From the NCBI GenBank assembly GCA_965203295.1, contig CBDBCZ010000013.1, forward strand, positions 32,001 to 96,000: DNA of 64,000 bases, given 5' to 3'. This DNA is from Nitrospirales bacterium (GTDB taxonomy: Bacteria > Nitrospirota > Nitrospiria > Nitrospirales > UBA8639). Shown one piece after another: positions 32,238-45,100 of the stretch. The number at the start of each line of letters is the position of its first letter. Position 1 is the stretch's first letter. The translations under genes and the position numbers were made by a program. The notes under the pieces were generated by a model, which saw only the letters and a program-made list of their open reading frames with translations, had not been told where the DNA came from and made no database searches.

Positions 32238-35200
32238 ATGATGATGGCGTTGCGTTGCTTCACCGTTGTACTCTCCCTAGTTGTCTTGCTGCAGTTTCGT
32301 GGTGCTCACTCCGCGGGTAAGTAAGCGATGATGAACTGTGTCAAATGTGGGCGCCCGGCCGCGTGGCGAGCGGGAGGGACATTAGTTTGGGGGGGTCTTT
32401 ACTGCCAACAGACATAGCCGGACTTCAAACGTATGAGGTTTTGGGGATTACTGTAGTGAAGTGATTTGTCAGGACTTGGGTGTACGCGTACGTTCAAGGT
32501 TTGGAGGGGGGCATTTATTAGAGTTTCATGGACGTTCTCTCCGTTCCAAGGGTTTCAGTCGGTCACTTGTGGCTCAGTGCTGAAGTTGGCCAACGTTGAA
32601 ACCAGTGTGCGACTCCACTCCCACGATGTGAAGTATGGTTCGGGCAGTGGACAGCAGGTATGACCAATTGGTAGTGTGTGCCCTGAAATTCGGCTTGGTG
32701 GCCGGTGTATGGCATACTTGTTCATGTATCTAGAATTGTACCATGTACTTGTGGTGTCATCCCATTTCGTCTAACAAAATGTAAATATGTCCCATTTCGT
32801 CTAAAACCTTAAAAAGTATTTTTTGTACAGTTCAGTTACAGTTCATCTTACAAAGCGTTAGAATAACCATCTAAGATACTAGTCTGGGGGACCCCGCCCC
32901 TCGCGTTAAACGGAGGGTCTGGTACAGACGCCGTAATGATTTTGTCTGTCTCGCAGTGCACATTGCGAGCCAATCAGATTCAAGCTTTGTAAAACGTCAT
33001 GAAAAAATTACGTCAGTGGTATGGTCTGACCAATCAGATAGCATGTTCACTGTCGGATCTCTTTCGTTGATTGTCTGCTTGTGTCGTCATAGCACAACGT
33101 CCGCATTCCAGATTGACAGGTCCACTGCGGCGTCTGTACCAGACTCTAACTTTCCCGTCGAGAGTCTGGCTACGCGAGACTACTAAGATACAATGTATGT
33201 TTCAAAAAATTAAAATGACACCCAATGACTGTAAGCTTTAGTAGTTCACTGAGGGTGTAGTCACCTCCTGTCATGGCATCTCCAATTTGCTCATCTTAGT
33301 TTACTTACAAGCAGCTTGAAACTTCTTCTAAAAGTGAATTATAGGAGCTCATTGTAGAGGGTTTACAGAGTAATCACAAACCAGCTTCTTTGAAGATCTA
33401 AGTGTAAACACTGAAGGAGTAGGGTTTATGTAAACTCACAATAGGTATACATTTGTTGATAATGGCCCTTGTTGTGTGTATTCAATTGACCTACTGTGTA
33501 CTGTTCATGTGGGTTATGAGAACTGATAGTTTTGAATACACTGTTTCTCCACGTCTGAGGATATGCCATTAACCATTAGGACGGTAATGAAGTAGGAAAG
33601 GCGTGTCATTTGAGAAGTACAGTGGACTTTCTCTTAAAAAGGACACCTCTGTATTAAGGCTAGTGTGCTGCTGCTTTGCTGTGTCCCAAATATGCTTTCT
33701 TAATGTTAATTAATTCCACTGTACTTTCAACTGAAGACCCTGTTGTCCCATTGATTGACCTAAAGTGGTTTCATTATGAGAACTAAAAGTGCACTTTTGA
33801 ATATACATGTGTGAGGAGACAATATTAACCCTGGGGGACAGTAATTGAGTTGGAAAGGCATGTGTGGTTTGAGAAATGCTTTCAACTGAAGATGCGAGAT
33901 TTGGGGTGTGCAATCAGAATGTCAGTGTAGCTGTAAGTCCTTCAGTCTAGCATGCTTGTGCATGTCTGTGGATTGCTTTTTTTCTGTTGCAGACGATATA
34001 CATGCTTAGTAGGGGGTGTCAATGGCCCGTTTGTGCCTTCAGTATTCTCACCCAACACTCTCATTCACTTTAGCAGTTGACCGTGTCCATGAGTGCAAGT
34101 TGAATGGCAATTCTTTGTTCTGTGTGGTAATCGTGGCATCCTTTTCAGTACTTGTATGGTAGAATGTGGTAGTCTTCCCAATTGCATTGCAAATTCTTCG
34201 GGATCATAAGAGAGTAATGAAATCCCCCTCAAAAATCAACACAGCTGGGAATAGAACCCTGGACCTTCTCAATCCTACTAGTCTGATGCTCTTACAGGGT
34301 TCTGCCTAGGAGACATTGAGTGGTGGTCAAAATTCAATCTCCAAGATATTTCTATTAGCTAAACGGACTTTCTCCCGTATTAAAAATACTATAAATAGTG
34401 TTCAACATTAGCTGAGTGCTGGTCAAAGAGGCTGAGTGGTGGTTAGACCCGACCACTGCCGACCAGTGTGGGCAGAACCCTGCTCTTACCACTGAGCTAC
34501 TGGAGCCCCTTGGCAGAGGAGCAGTAGGCAAGCTTTATATACATGTATATAGCCAATAAACCCACTAGTAGCTCTTGCCAGTTAGACCCAGCCAATTCCA
34601 ATGGTAATCTTGCGTGTACATATGGGAAAAGCAGCACCAACCATGCAGCACCAACCATGCAGCACCAACCATGTGTACACTGTTTATGGAGGAGGATCGA
34701 AACGTAGGTGTTTGTCAGTCTCTATCCCATGATTGAACTTGATAATTGAGGGCTTTTAGTACATGTTTACACTGGTAGGGTACATGTAGATTTCCTTCTG
34801 GTGAAATGTTATTGTACATGTAGTCTCAAGTCCATGTGATTGCACAACATCCACAGTTACAGCAGAACTCCTCTAATTAAACACCTTGGGGACCTTGTAA
34901 ATTGTCCTGTATACAGTGGAACCCCTCTAATGTAAACACCTTGGGAACCTTGTAAATTGTCCTGTATTGTATACAGTGGAACACCTTGGGAACCTTGTAC
35001 ACTGTAAATTGTCCTGTATACAGTATTACAGTGGAACCCCTCTATTGTGGACACCTTGGGGACCTGGTGAAGTGTCCTGTATACAGTGGAACCCCTCTAA
35101 TGTAAACACCTTGGGGACCTTGTACACTGTAAATTGTCCTGTATATAGTATTACAATGGAACCCCTCTATTGTGGACACCTTGGGGACCTGGTGAAGTGT

Positions 35201-38200
35201 CCTGTATACAATGAAACCCCTCTAATGTGGACACCTTGGGGACCTGGTAAAGTGTCTTGTATAAAGAGGTGTCCTCTTTTCAGGGATGTCCTTTAAGAGG
35301 GGTTCCACTGTAGTACACCATGTAGGTGTCTGCTGTGCCACACAGACTACATGTACACATGTAGAGGAACGTCCAGCACTGCCACCAACGGTCCATTATT
35401 GTCCGTCTAGTTATCGCAGTATCTCTTTACTGTGCATGGAAGAGCCGGACTGTACAGTGATTCCTGAACTGACAACCAGGAAATCCAGCACTGCCACCAA
35501 CGGTCCATTATTGTCCGTCTAGTTATCGCAGTATCTCTTTACTGTGCATGGAAGAGCCGGACTGTACAGTGATTCCTGAACTGACAACCAGGAAATCCAG
35601 CACTGTCAACAACTGCCCATTATTGTCCGTCTAGTTATCGCAGTATCTCTTTACTGTGCATGGAAGAGCCGGACTGTACAGTGATTCCTGAACTGACAAC
35701 CAGGAAATCCAGCACTGTCACCAACTGTCCATTATTCAGGGTTCTGCCCACCTGGTCGGCAGTGGGTCTAACCATCGCTGAGCTTTTTTGACCACCACCC
35801 AGCTATATTTTTAGTGTATAAAAAAGTCTGTTTAGCTAAAAGAAGTGTCTTGGAGATTGAATTTTAACCACCACTCAACATCTCCTAGGAAGAACCCTGA
35901 TTATTGTAGTTATCTGAGTATCTCTTTACTATGCATGGAAGAGCTGCAGGGATTCCTGAACAGACAACCAGGAAATCGCCAAGACGATTTCCTGGTTGTC
36001 AGTTCTGGAATCACATCAGGCTATCTTGTTTGTCCTAGACACTCTCTGCCTGTCCCTACATGTTAGTAGACACTCTCTGCCTGTCCCTACATGTTAGTAG
36101 ACACTCTCTGCCTGTCCCTACATGTTAGTAGACACTCACTGCCTGTCCCTACATGTTAGTAGACACTCTCTGCCTGTTCCTACATGTTAGTAGACACTCT
36201 CTGCCTGTCCCTACATGTTAGTGGACTCTCTCTGCCTGTTCCTACATGTTAGTAGACACTCGCTGCCTGTCCCTACATGTTAGTAGACACTCACTGCCTG
36301 TCCCTACATGTTAGTAGACACTCTCTGCCTGTTCCTACATGTTAGTAGACACTCTCTGCCTGTCCCTACATGTTAGTAGACTCTCACCGCCTGTTCCTAC
36401 ATGTTAGTAGACACTCTCTGCCTGTTCCTACATGTTAGTAGATACTCTCTGCCTGTCCCTACATGTTAGTAGACTCTCACCGCCTGTTCCTACATGTTAG
36501 TAGACACTCTCTGCCTGTTCCTACATGTTAGTAGACACTCACTGCCTGTCCCTACATGTTAGTGGACTCTCTCTGCCTGTCCCTACATGTTAGTAGACAC
36601 TCGCTGCCTGTCCCTACATGTTAGTAGACACTCGCTGCCTGTTCCTACATGTTAGTAGACACTCGCTGCCTGTCCCTACATGTTAGTAGACACTCACTGT
36701 CTGGTTGTCACTGTTCATACATGTTAGTGAATATCTCAGGCTGGTTACTTCCTGCCCATTAAAGGGAGTTCACTCTATGTGATTGGAAGAGAACACACAC
36801 TCTGTACCACACTCTTGTTCCCCTATAAATTGGGCTATAAGCTTAGGGATAGGGTTGGGACTACGGTTTGAATTGGGGATAGGGTTGGTGCCATGCAGTT
36901 TATAGATTTGTAGAATGCATGTGTAGTGCAATTAATTCATAAATAATACTGATTCACAAAATCGTAGGACCGGTTTTAATTGCGATGATCTACATGTAAT
37001 AATTTAGTCTCGTGCCCAGCCCGTCGCTCCTCCCCTCGCCAGACGGTCTGGGCCGCGAAGTCAAATTCCTTGGGCTTATTCCCGGAATGTGGTAAAGACC
37101 AATGAGATCGCAGGATTTGTAATTATTACGTTCTGGAATGCTATTACGGAACGATAAAATGGCGACGTTTGAATTTATTGTCGAGATTTGGCAGCGGTTT
37201 GAACGAAGTAGCAGTTGACGCGGTTGTTTTTGCGTCTTAGAAGTTTTAACAACTACAGTCTTGGTGAGAGAAGGGCTAGTTGAAGATTAACCCAAGGTAT
37301 TTCTGCGGATAAAGCAAGACTCCCTATTTTTGTACTTGTACTGTCACTTTGCAGCTAAGAGTTGCTTTCTACACGAATGATTACACAGGAGAGCTCGTAG
37401 AGAGTACGTTGCTTGACATGTACCTCTGTAAGCCTTTATACAAGCATTTCAGACTTCTAATATTTAATTAACGTGCCCGTTGCTCCGCCCATAAACCCAA
37501 GAAATTCGACTTCGCGGGCCAGACCGTCTGAGCGAGGGAGGAGCAACGGTCTGGGCACGAGACTAGTAATAATTGAGAATGTGATCAAGCTCGAAAGAAT
37601 TAGAACACAAGTTACGCAGTGCATACAATACATAATACATACACACAATAATGCAGTGATAAGATACACAATTTACATTCAATGCAATAGCTACGGTATA
37701 CACCAACATAGGCGTTGATCCCGCCCAGAGTATGCACAGCCGTGTGGTAGAATTTGGGCATTAGGTCATGCACAGTCATGTGGTAAAATCAGGGCAGGAG
37801 GTTGTGCACGTCCATGCGGTAAGCTCTGGGCGTTGAGTATGCATGGCTGTGTAGTAAAGTGTGGGCAGGACCCGACAGGTGGCCTGGATGTGAGGTTGGG
37901 TCATCACAGATGTGTGCTAACATATTAAGCTCTCCTGTTGTCAGATAGTTGATACGCTTCTCCTCCCCTCCCACCCCTCCCCTGCCCAGAGTGTCACCGG
38001 GGTCACCCATGCTGATGATGTCAACAGCTATTGGGTGGTCAGGGGCAAGTTTGACGAGGCCTGCGACAGAGGGTGAGCTACAGTTAGAATTTCTAATCAC
38101 TATTTTGTTAATACATGTCAGGGATTTTTGCTGGGAGTAACTTTTTTTGGAAAAGCATGCATCCTTGTAAGGGGGTCTGGGGGCATGCCCCTCCCCCCAT

Positions 38201-41200
38201 AAAATTTATACAGTGTATGTTACCCCATGTTTGTGTTTAAAACACAGTTCAAAATCCTGGGAAGGGAAATGGGGGACGTTTGTTGTGGTGGGGAAATACC
38301 AGCCCCCCCCCCCCATTAAAAACCCTGCGTATAATTATGAGCTTATACCACATTACATCACATCCAAGGTGTATGATTGGAGCAGAAGCGGAGTATAAAG
38401 GGTCATATACTACGTTTATGTTTTCATGTTTTATTATACTACTTTTATGTTTTCATGTATTATGACATCGTAAATAACTACTGCCTCTGGGAATGCTAGC
38501 CCAGCGTTTCCAGGTACCTACTCCACTGATTGGTCAAATGTTGTATAAGCCGGATATACCACGCCTACTCGGAGTATAAACGCGATATACTCCGCTAGGC
38601 TGTTTACCCTCGGCTATCGCCTCGGGTAAACCGTCTAGCGGAGTATATCTGCGTTTATACTCCTCGTAGACGTGGTATATCCTATACTTATAGATGGAAG
38701 CTTCTTTCTATTTAAAGAACACCACATTAATTTTATTGACCCATGTGCATACACCTTGTATGATTCCTCGGGTGTAAAGGTCAGTGTTAAACTGTGTGGA
38801 GCGCAAGAATCAGCGTTAATTGTTTGTGTATAATCACACCAATTTGTGTGTACTTGTGAAAGTGAGAAGTGGTCACACTCAATGTTATGGCACACAGTGT
38901 ACATGTAACGTGCAGAGCATGTGCTTATTATATAGAGCAAGATCTCGCGTACTACAGCCTTAGCAACCAGTAACCTACACTCGTTCACACAGCTTTTTCG
39001 CTGATCAATATATTTTCGCGGTAAAATGTCCAAATACGTTAGAAATTAATGCGGATTAACAAGTAAACACACTGACCTCTTCTGCGATCCCCGTGGTCTG
39101 CCCTGACACTGTTAACCTTTGCATGCAATGGCAGACTTGAACTATAGCAAAAATTTTATATTAGAGTGCACTTTTGCCCCTAGCGACCAAATATGTTGTA
39201 GCCCTTAATACACTTAAGTAAATTTCCAAGTTTAGAAATCATAGCTTGTTTTAGGGGCTACAACATACTTGGTCGCTAGGGGCAATGGGTAAAAAGTGTG
39301 CTCTAATTAGAATTTTTGCTGTAGTGCAAGTCTGCCATTATGTAAGAAAGTGGGTGGAAATGATAAACACGCTGATTTCTCCCTCCCTGGAATCTCCCTG
39401 GGTCTTTCCTCTGCCATGCAGCGAGCCTGTGAAGTGTGGCTCCACCCTGCGGCTGCAGCACCTCAACACCCGGCTCTTCCTGCACAGCCACGGTCACCGC
39501 TCCCCCCTCTCCCACAACCAGGAGGTCAGCTGCTTCGGACCGGGAGACCGGGGTGAGTTTGATTGGGGGAGTGGCTTGGGCGTGGCTTTGGGTGGGGCTT
39601 GGGGTGTGGCTTAGGGTGTAGCTTGGGGCATGGCTTAGGGTGTGGCTTGATGTACTGTTGTGAATGTGTTGCTTGAATCGAACCTGGTATGGCTGTTGCT
39701 TTGCATCGCCAATGTACATGTGCTGAATGTGACTTGAATGTGTGTGACTGTACGCATGAGCCTGTGCACATACATGTACATGAACCCACAAGGTGTTCAT
39801 GAGTATACAGCTCTGTAGTTTCAGCTTCACTGTTTACTGCCATATGTTTTTGTAATGAGCCAAGCTTTAACCCTAATATGCTATTTTATAAATTTCGCAA
39901 CTCGCCGTTATACAAATTCAGATCATTAATTGATATCACACTCCACAGTGGAACCACTCTAATGTGGACACCTTGGGGACCTGGTGAAATGTTCTGTATA
40001 GAGAGGTGTCCTCATTTCAGGGGTGTATATTCGGACATACATGTATCAAAGTGTCCTTAATACAGAGGTGTCCTTATTTCAGGGGTGTCCTTTAAGAGGG
40101 GTTCCATCTATTTTCAGCCATATTTTGTTCATGCATGATAGTCCCTTTCACTGCTTCCCTTGTGCCCACCAGGAGACAACTGGGTGGTGGAGTGCAACAC
40201 AGAGTTCTGGCAGAGGGACGCCACCATCAGATTGAAGCACACTGACACCAATATGTGAGCCCCCATGGGAGTGGGATGCTGTACATGTGTGTGTGTGGCA
40301 GTTCGTGTACATGTAGAAATTGAGTGTCATTCCGTCGCAAAGTTTGTTCGCGTCACTGCATTTCAATGCGTTGCCATCAAAGGCTTAATTAGTATAGTGC
40401 CTTTTTGAACTTCTTTTGAACTCTAAACCAGACCCTAACCCTAACTGCTCCCCCTAACAATATGTTGTTGGCAAACCTGGACAGTGTATTCCTTGTCTGC
40501 TCTAGGTACCTTCATGTGTCGGGGCATGCGTACGGGCGGCCCATTGCTGGGCAGAAGGAAGTGTCCGGCTACTCGTCCAAAGCACAGGGAAACCTCTGGA
40601 AAGCAATGGTACGATGACGATATTATTCACCAGTGCATACATTGTATAACAGTATACACGTTTATGTACATGTACATGTACTTGTACCACATGTTACTTG
40701 TTAGCTCCTAAGATCGGAATTGAGGTGAAGCATAATGGAATAGTCATGGATAACAGCATAATGCATATGTGCTTGTAGCTAGCTGCTATTTGGAGTACAT
40801 GCAGCTACACGTACTCCATGATTAGACTCTATCCCAGGACCCACTGTTTGTCGCTTGCACGTGTAGAGTGATCACATATTAAAAGTTAACGTTTTGATGT
40901 CTCAGTAATAGAATCAAAGGAAAGCAGGTAGTGTGAGCAAACTGCTATGTAGATGGCTTGTTGAAATTGGTGTGGTAAATACTGCCCTAGAGTACCTACC
41001 GCAAGCTCCTGCACTAGTACTCTGGAGGCACATTGAAACTCCACCCCCTTACCTTACCTCTATCATTGGTAGACAAACTCCCAGGCAGGTAACCCTTGTG
41101 CACCCCAAATCTTACTCTGCCATTCATCTCCATTGCTGCCTGCACTAGTGCTCTGGAGGCACATTGAAACTCCACCCCCTTACCTTACCTCTATCATTGG

Positions 41201-41392
41201 TAGACAAAACTCCCAGGCAGGTAACCCTTGTGCACCCCAAATCTTACTGTGCCATTCATCTCTATTGCTGCCCTCCCCCCCCCCCCCCAGCCATGTGGAT
41301 GCCAGTGAGTATAGTTAGTTGTTGTTGATTAAAATATCATTTCATTGCTGCAGGAGGGTGTCTACATGGACAGTGAAAGCAAGATGTTATAG
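32238..41392 (+). CDS. SDF2: Stromal cell-derived factor 2 / SDF2-like (three MIR motifs, ER luminal), 7 exons
   Basis: Exons 32238-32316 (signal peptide), 32551-32657 (VTCGSVLKL...RLHSHDVKYGSGSGQQ), 37990-38072 (SVTGV...DDVNSYWVV), 39422-39552 (PVKCGSTLRLQHLNTRLFLHSH...SPLSHNQEVSCFG), 40173-40254, 40506-40608 (YGRPIAGQKEV...WKAM) and 41354-41392 (EGVYMDSESKML*) join in frame. Confidence 0.95.
32880..33182. mobile_element. TAG...CTA element with a 9-bp TSD (Academ-like, non-autonomous)
   Basis: CTAAGATAC flanks both ends. Internal inverted repeat GTCTGGTACAGACGCCG / CGGCGTCTGTACCAGAC. Confidence 0.7.
34242..34510 (-). mobile_element. tRNA-derived SINE-like head interrupted by a CAGGGTTCTGCC-TIR MITE (34296-34482)
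   Basis: With the MITE removed, the minus strand reads GGGGCTCCAGTAGCTCAGTGGTAAGAGCATCAGACTAG...GGTCCAGGGTTCTATTCCCAGCT (A/B-box-like). CTCTTA is duplicated. A second MITE copy lies at ~35737-35899 and related SINE heads at ~19263-19385. Confidence 0.65.
34858..35312. mobile_element. Tc1/mariner-like MITE whose left end is tandemly amplified
   Basis: About seven copies of TACAGTGGAACCCCTCTA...CACCTTGGGGACCT...TGTCCTGTA closed by one AGAGGGGTTCCACTGTA. A single-unit relative lies at ~39945-40107. Confidence 0.75.
35372..35975. repeat. 112-bp tandem array (3 full copies and one MITE-interrupted copy)
   Basis: Unit starts at 35372, 35484, 35596 and 35708. Confidence 0.92.
36036..36700. repeat. 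31-bp minisatellite, ~21 copies
   Basis: TAGACACTC(T/A/G)CTGCCTGT(C/T)CCTACATGTTAG repeated. Confidence 0.97.
37005..37566. mobile_element. TAG...CTA MITE with ~75-bp TIRs and a 9-bp TSD (Academ-like)
   Basis: TAGTCTCGTGCCCAG ... CTGGGCACGAGACTA, flanked on both sides by GTAATAATT. Confidence 0.8.
38430..38690. mobile_element. Hairpin element with a CTCGGCTATCGCCTCGG core (Crypton-like)
   Basis: GGATATACCACG...GGAGTATAAACGC.GATATACTCCGCTAG pairs with CTAGCGGAGTATATC.GCGTTTATACTCC...CGTGGTATATCC. Confidence 0.6.
41008..41272. repeat. ~131-bp tandem duplication in the last SDF2 intron
   Basis: CCTGCACTAGT.CTCTGGAGGCACATTGAAACTCC... is present twice. Confidence 0.9.
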
Positions 41393-42174
41393 CTACTGTA
41401 GACATTAGGAGTATTGCTATTATTAGAATTTAGGCTATTTTTAACTTGAGATTCACATTGTCCTGCCTTGCACATTGTACATATCCCCTCTGCACTGTAT
41501 CAGTGCCTAATTCACCTGCCTAGCTGTGTTCCACGATGCTATCAAATTGTCTCTCAACCACTGACACTGATAATTATTTTGGTGTAAGGCAGCATTGCAT
41601 GTCATACTCGTGAGTGTGGATTTCTGTCACTGGCATGTTTTTTTTTTTGCATGGTCTGGTCACTGGCTCGTGACCAGACCATGCAAAAACAAGTCTGACA
41701 TTTCATGTCTAAAAAAACCAGCCGGGCACCTTTCTGTGCAGTACACACAACTCAGAAGCTAACTGTAGCTGTAGGAACATAGTACAGCGAAATTGCTGGA
41801 TCAGCAGTTTCGTCGTGCGCCTTCAGTTAGCAGCTTTATGCCACGAAAACGGGATATTTACGGCTACCTACCAAGTTTTCGCCAACTAGGCAACACACAA
41901 CTACCTTCGTTTTGCTGTACATATGTGTGTGCCTATAGGATACACTCCGTACATGCCCTCTGATTTGGGAGTATACTGCACTCTGGCCTGGATTAGCAGC
42001 CTACACCACCTGATGATGTCACATCAATTCAACAAGCCTCAACCATGTACTTTACAACATTGGGTGAAGTCCCAAGTTCAGAATGATGATGTCAGTGCAT
42101 GTGTAAGAGGAGTGCCAAGCAAAATCTACAATATGAGAGGGTATTTAGCTAAGGCTAGTTAATAAGAGAGTCAG

Positions 42175-45100
42175 TTACTGCTTCTCCTCCATTTCAAATA
42201 CTGGGTTGATCTTGACACTGTCATCACTGAAAGAAAGAAAATATAATATGTCAGGTAAATGAAGGGTAGGGACCAATACAATCATCAACTAGAAGTCTCT
42301 AGCAGAGACATACCCCACACTCCTGGGCCTGCAAACTGTAACGCCATATATACAAATTGTAGGCGTGGCTGATCGCCATAGTAATGACACGGGCGTTTCT
42401 CTGTGTATACTCCAGTATGCTTTCTATTTCTTCTAAGCTAACTCCATGTTGAATAAAAGACTCATATACCATACTCGAGGGCTTTCAAGCTGTAGGCGTG
42501 ACCAATTGCCGTATTAAAAACATGGTGGAACACACCGATAATCAGAAAAAGCGTGGAAATACCGAGAATAAAATCGCTTTCTTCTATATCAGGTACAGAC
42601 AAGCTAATGTATCACGGACTTCAGCATTAACCTCCAGTTTAGAAATTGTTGTAGCCTCTTTATAGCCCGTTTGAAGGTTTTCCAAAAAAAAATTATGACA
42701 GACAATGACGACAATGACAGACGAACAAAACTGATAGCTTAATCCCGCTGCACATACGTGGCGCGGGGTAATTATATTTTCTTTTGTTATACACAAATAC
42801 TGCTACCATAATTATTATGAGGTGCAATGAGAGAGAGAGAAGCCTTTATTTCGGAGTGAACTTATGGTTGGGGTGTGGGAGGAGGACTTAATGTCAAGAT
42901 GCTTTGCATAGTAGAAAGCTTAGTTTCCTAAAATGGACATTGTGTTTAGCTCTTGTCGAAGATGCTCTGCTGCACACTTCCTACATGTATCTCTGCTTTC
43001 TATTTTGGAGTGAATTTAGCGTATAAGTGCCTCTAGTTGGCGTTTGCTGTAGTTGAAGGACGTGCCTCACCTTCTCATTGGCAGACACGATGGAGGTCGA
43101 CGGTACCGCTTTTGCCAATTTGAAAACATTGTAACGTGATGGCTTTTCGATAGTGATGAGGCATGAACGGTGATTTTCAAACTGATTTTAACAGCTGTTG
43201 TGCATCGCTGTGTAGCCAGCAAACTGCTCAATCTAATAAATGTCGCCTTCAATTAGAAGCCGCCCTCGAATAGTGGCCGCAGAAAATTGCGGGATGAAAT
43301 AATCAGTAGCTGTGGCATCTGATTGCGGAATTATGGTATGTAATATTCTGAAGAAACATTCGTTAGCCTAATTTTACTTGGTCTGAGGCCAAATCGCGAA
43401 AATTGCGAAGTTTATGCACCTTAGAAATTTGGCGCTATACGGTAATAGGTATAGGCTGGCTAGTGAAACACTCCTGAAACACTCCAGTTTTGCCATGCAG
43501 GCCCTAGATGTTATTCCTTACATCAGCATCTTTTGGTGTACAATATAAATGTACTTAACACGCAACTCTGCCCACCCACTGTTCTTTATACTTGGGTAGT
43601 GGTTAGGCCTACGTCTATCCATCCATCAGTGTCCACTATACTTACTCAATACAACATAAATGGATCAATTTCTATATTAACCGATGTCTAACTACCACTG
43701 TCTGTGTAAAACATTTCTGCTCAAGTTGATTGCTCATTATACCTGAAAATAGAAATCCATTAAAGGTCTTAAAAGTACCCATGTATTCAGCAACCTTTGA
43801 GAATTGACTTGGAGATATGGAGGATGCCTAAGACGCTTGAAGACGTGACTTTTTGACGATTAATGGCACCCCGCCCCCAAACAAATGCAAAAAACGGAGA
43901 CCAGGAGTACTATTTAATGAGACAAAATGATATGATATGGAAATTACCGCTCGCTACACGGACTGTAGCTTGAAAATTATGTAGTAAACATACCCCGCTG
44001 CAGTTGGTGTCAAATGCATCCGTTTTCGGAAGACTTTCCTGAAGGAGCGACGTTTACAGAAGATTACAGCTAAACAGATGAGAACTAGGAGCAATAATCC
44101 TGCCAGGGTACTGCCGATGATTATCACTGTAGGTGCATAGAGATAAAAAAGATATTATGTTTTCCAACAGTATAATTATATGTACAATAGCAATTACAAT
44201 GTGGTATATATAGGCTTACAGGAAGTTACAAAGCATCAATTGTGTATGAAAGTGGTTTGAATTGGCAGATGTTACTGTGGATACCAACACATTAGTTGCA
44301 CAATTTACAGGCTTCATGTTCTCCTGCTGGGGTGTGTAAGTAAGATGTGTATTATAATAACTTGTTAGTTGTACAGTTGTACTGGATGTGTAAGTTGAAA
44401 TGAGAATGTTACAGCACACCCAAGTCATAATTTTTTTTACACCCACATATCTCTACCACTGTTCATTCACCCAATACTAAGTCTACCTTATACCTCACTT
44501 TTCAGCAACTATTCAAGGGATACTAAGCAACAAAAAGCTTCCAAGAGGTGTGTGATAATGTTTAAACTTAAGCTTTTCTTGCTGGATCTACTTACTGATG
44601 TCACCCACTTTGTCATCACCACCAGCCTCCGAGGGGGTAGTAGTTGCCACACACATATCCTGAACCACAATGTAGCCTTCTTCACAGTCAATGCAAACAC
44701 CAGGAATTCCCTCACACTCCGCACAGTTCTCTATGTCACAGACTTCGCATGTCGGTCCAATCCAATTCTGAGCACACATGCATGTAAATGTGTTCAAACC
44801 ATCTGTACAACTACCACCATTCTGACACGGATTAGGATCACAGTCATCAATGTTCTCATTGCATAGTTCTCCAGTGAACCCTGCATCACATGCACATTGG
44901 AAACCACCATCTGTATTGATACATGTGCCATTCACACATGGATTATTGGTAGTACACTCATCAATATCCATGTTGCACAAGTCTCCCTCGTATTCAACAG
45001 TGCAATTACACGCAAAACTACCATCGTTATTTACACATGTTGCTCCATTTTGACAGGGATCACTCACAGTACATTCATTAATGTCTGTCTCACATAATCT

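Noticed and set aside
34242..34510. tRNA gene
   Set aside because: Interrupted by a MITE, with a degenerate B-box and no clean cloverleaf. It fits a SINE head better.
36036..36700. 31-bp array as a CRISPR or coding repeat
   Set aside because: Head-to-tail minisatellite with no spacers, containing stops, and located in an intron.
39575..39650. Telomere-like G-rich repeats (also ~36845 and ~40425-40445)
   Set aside because: Short, degenerate and intronic; not a telomeric array.
43626..43742. Extra cytoplasmic exon of the Sushi receptor
   Set aside because: It has plausible splice sites but hits a stop after a few codons in the required phase. The 42226 exon gives a better tail.
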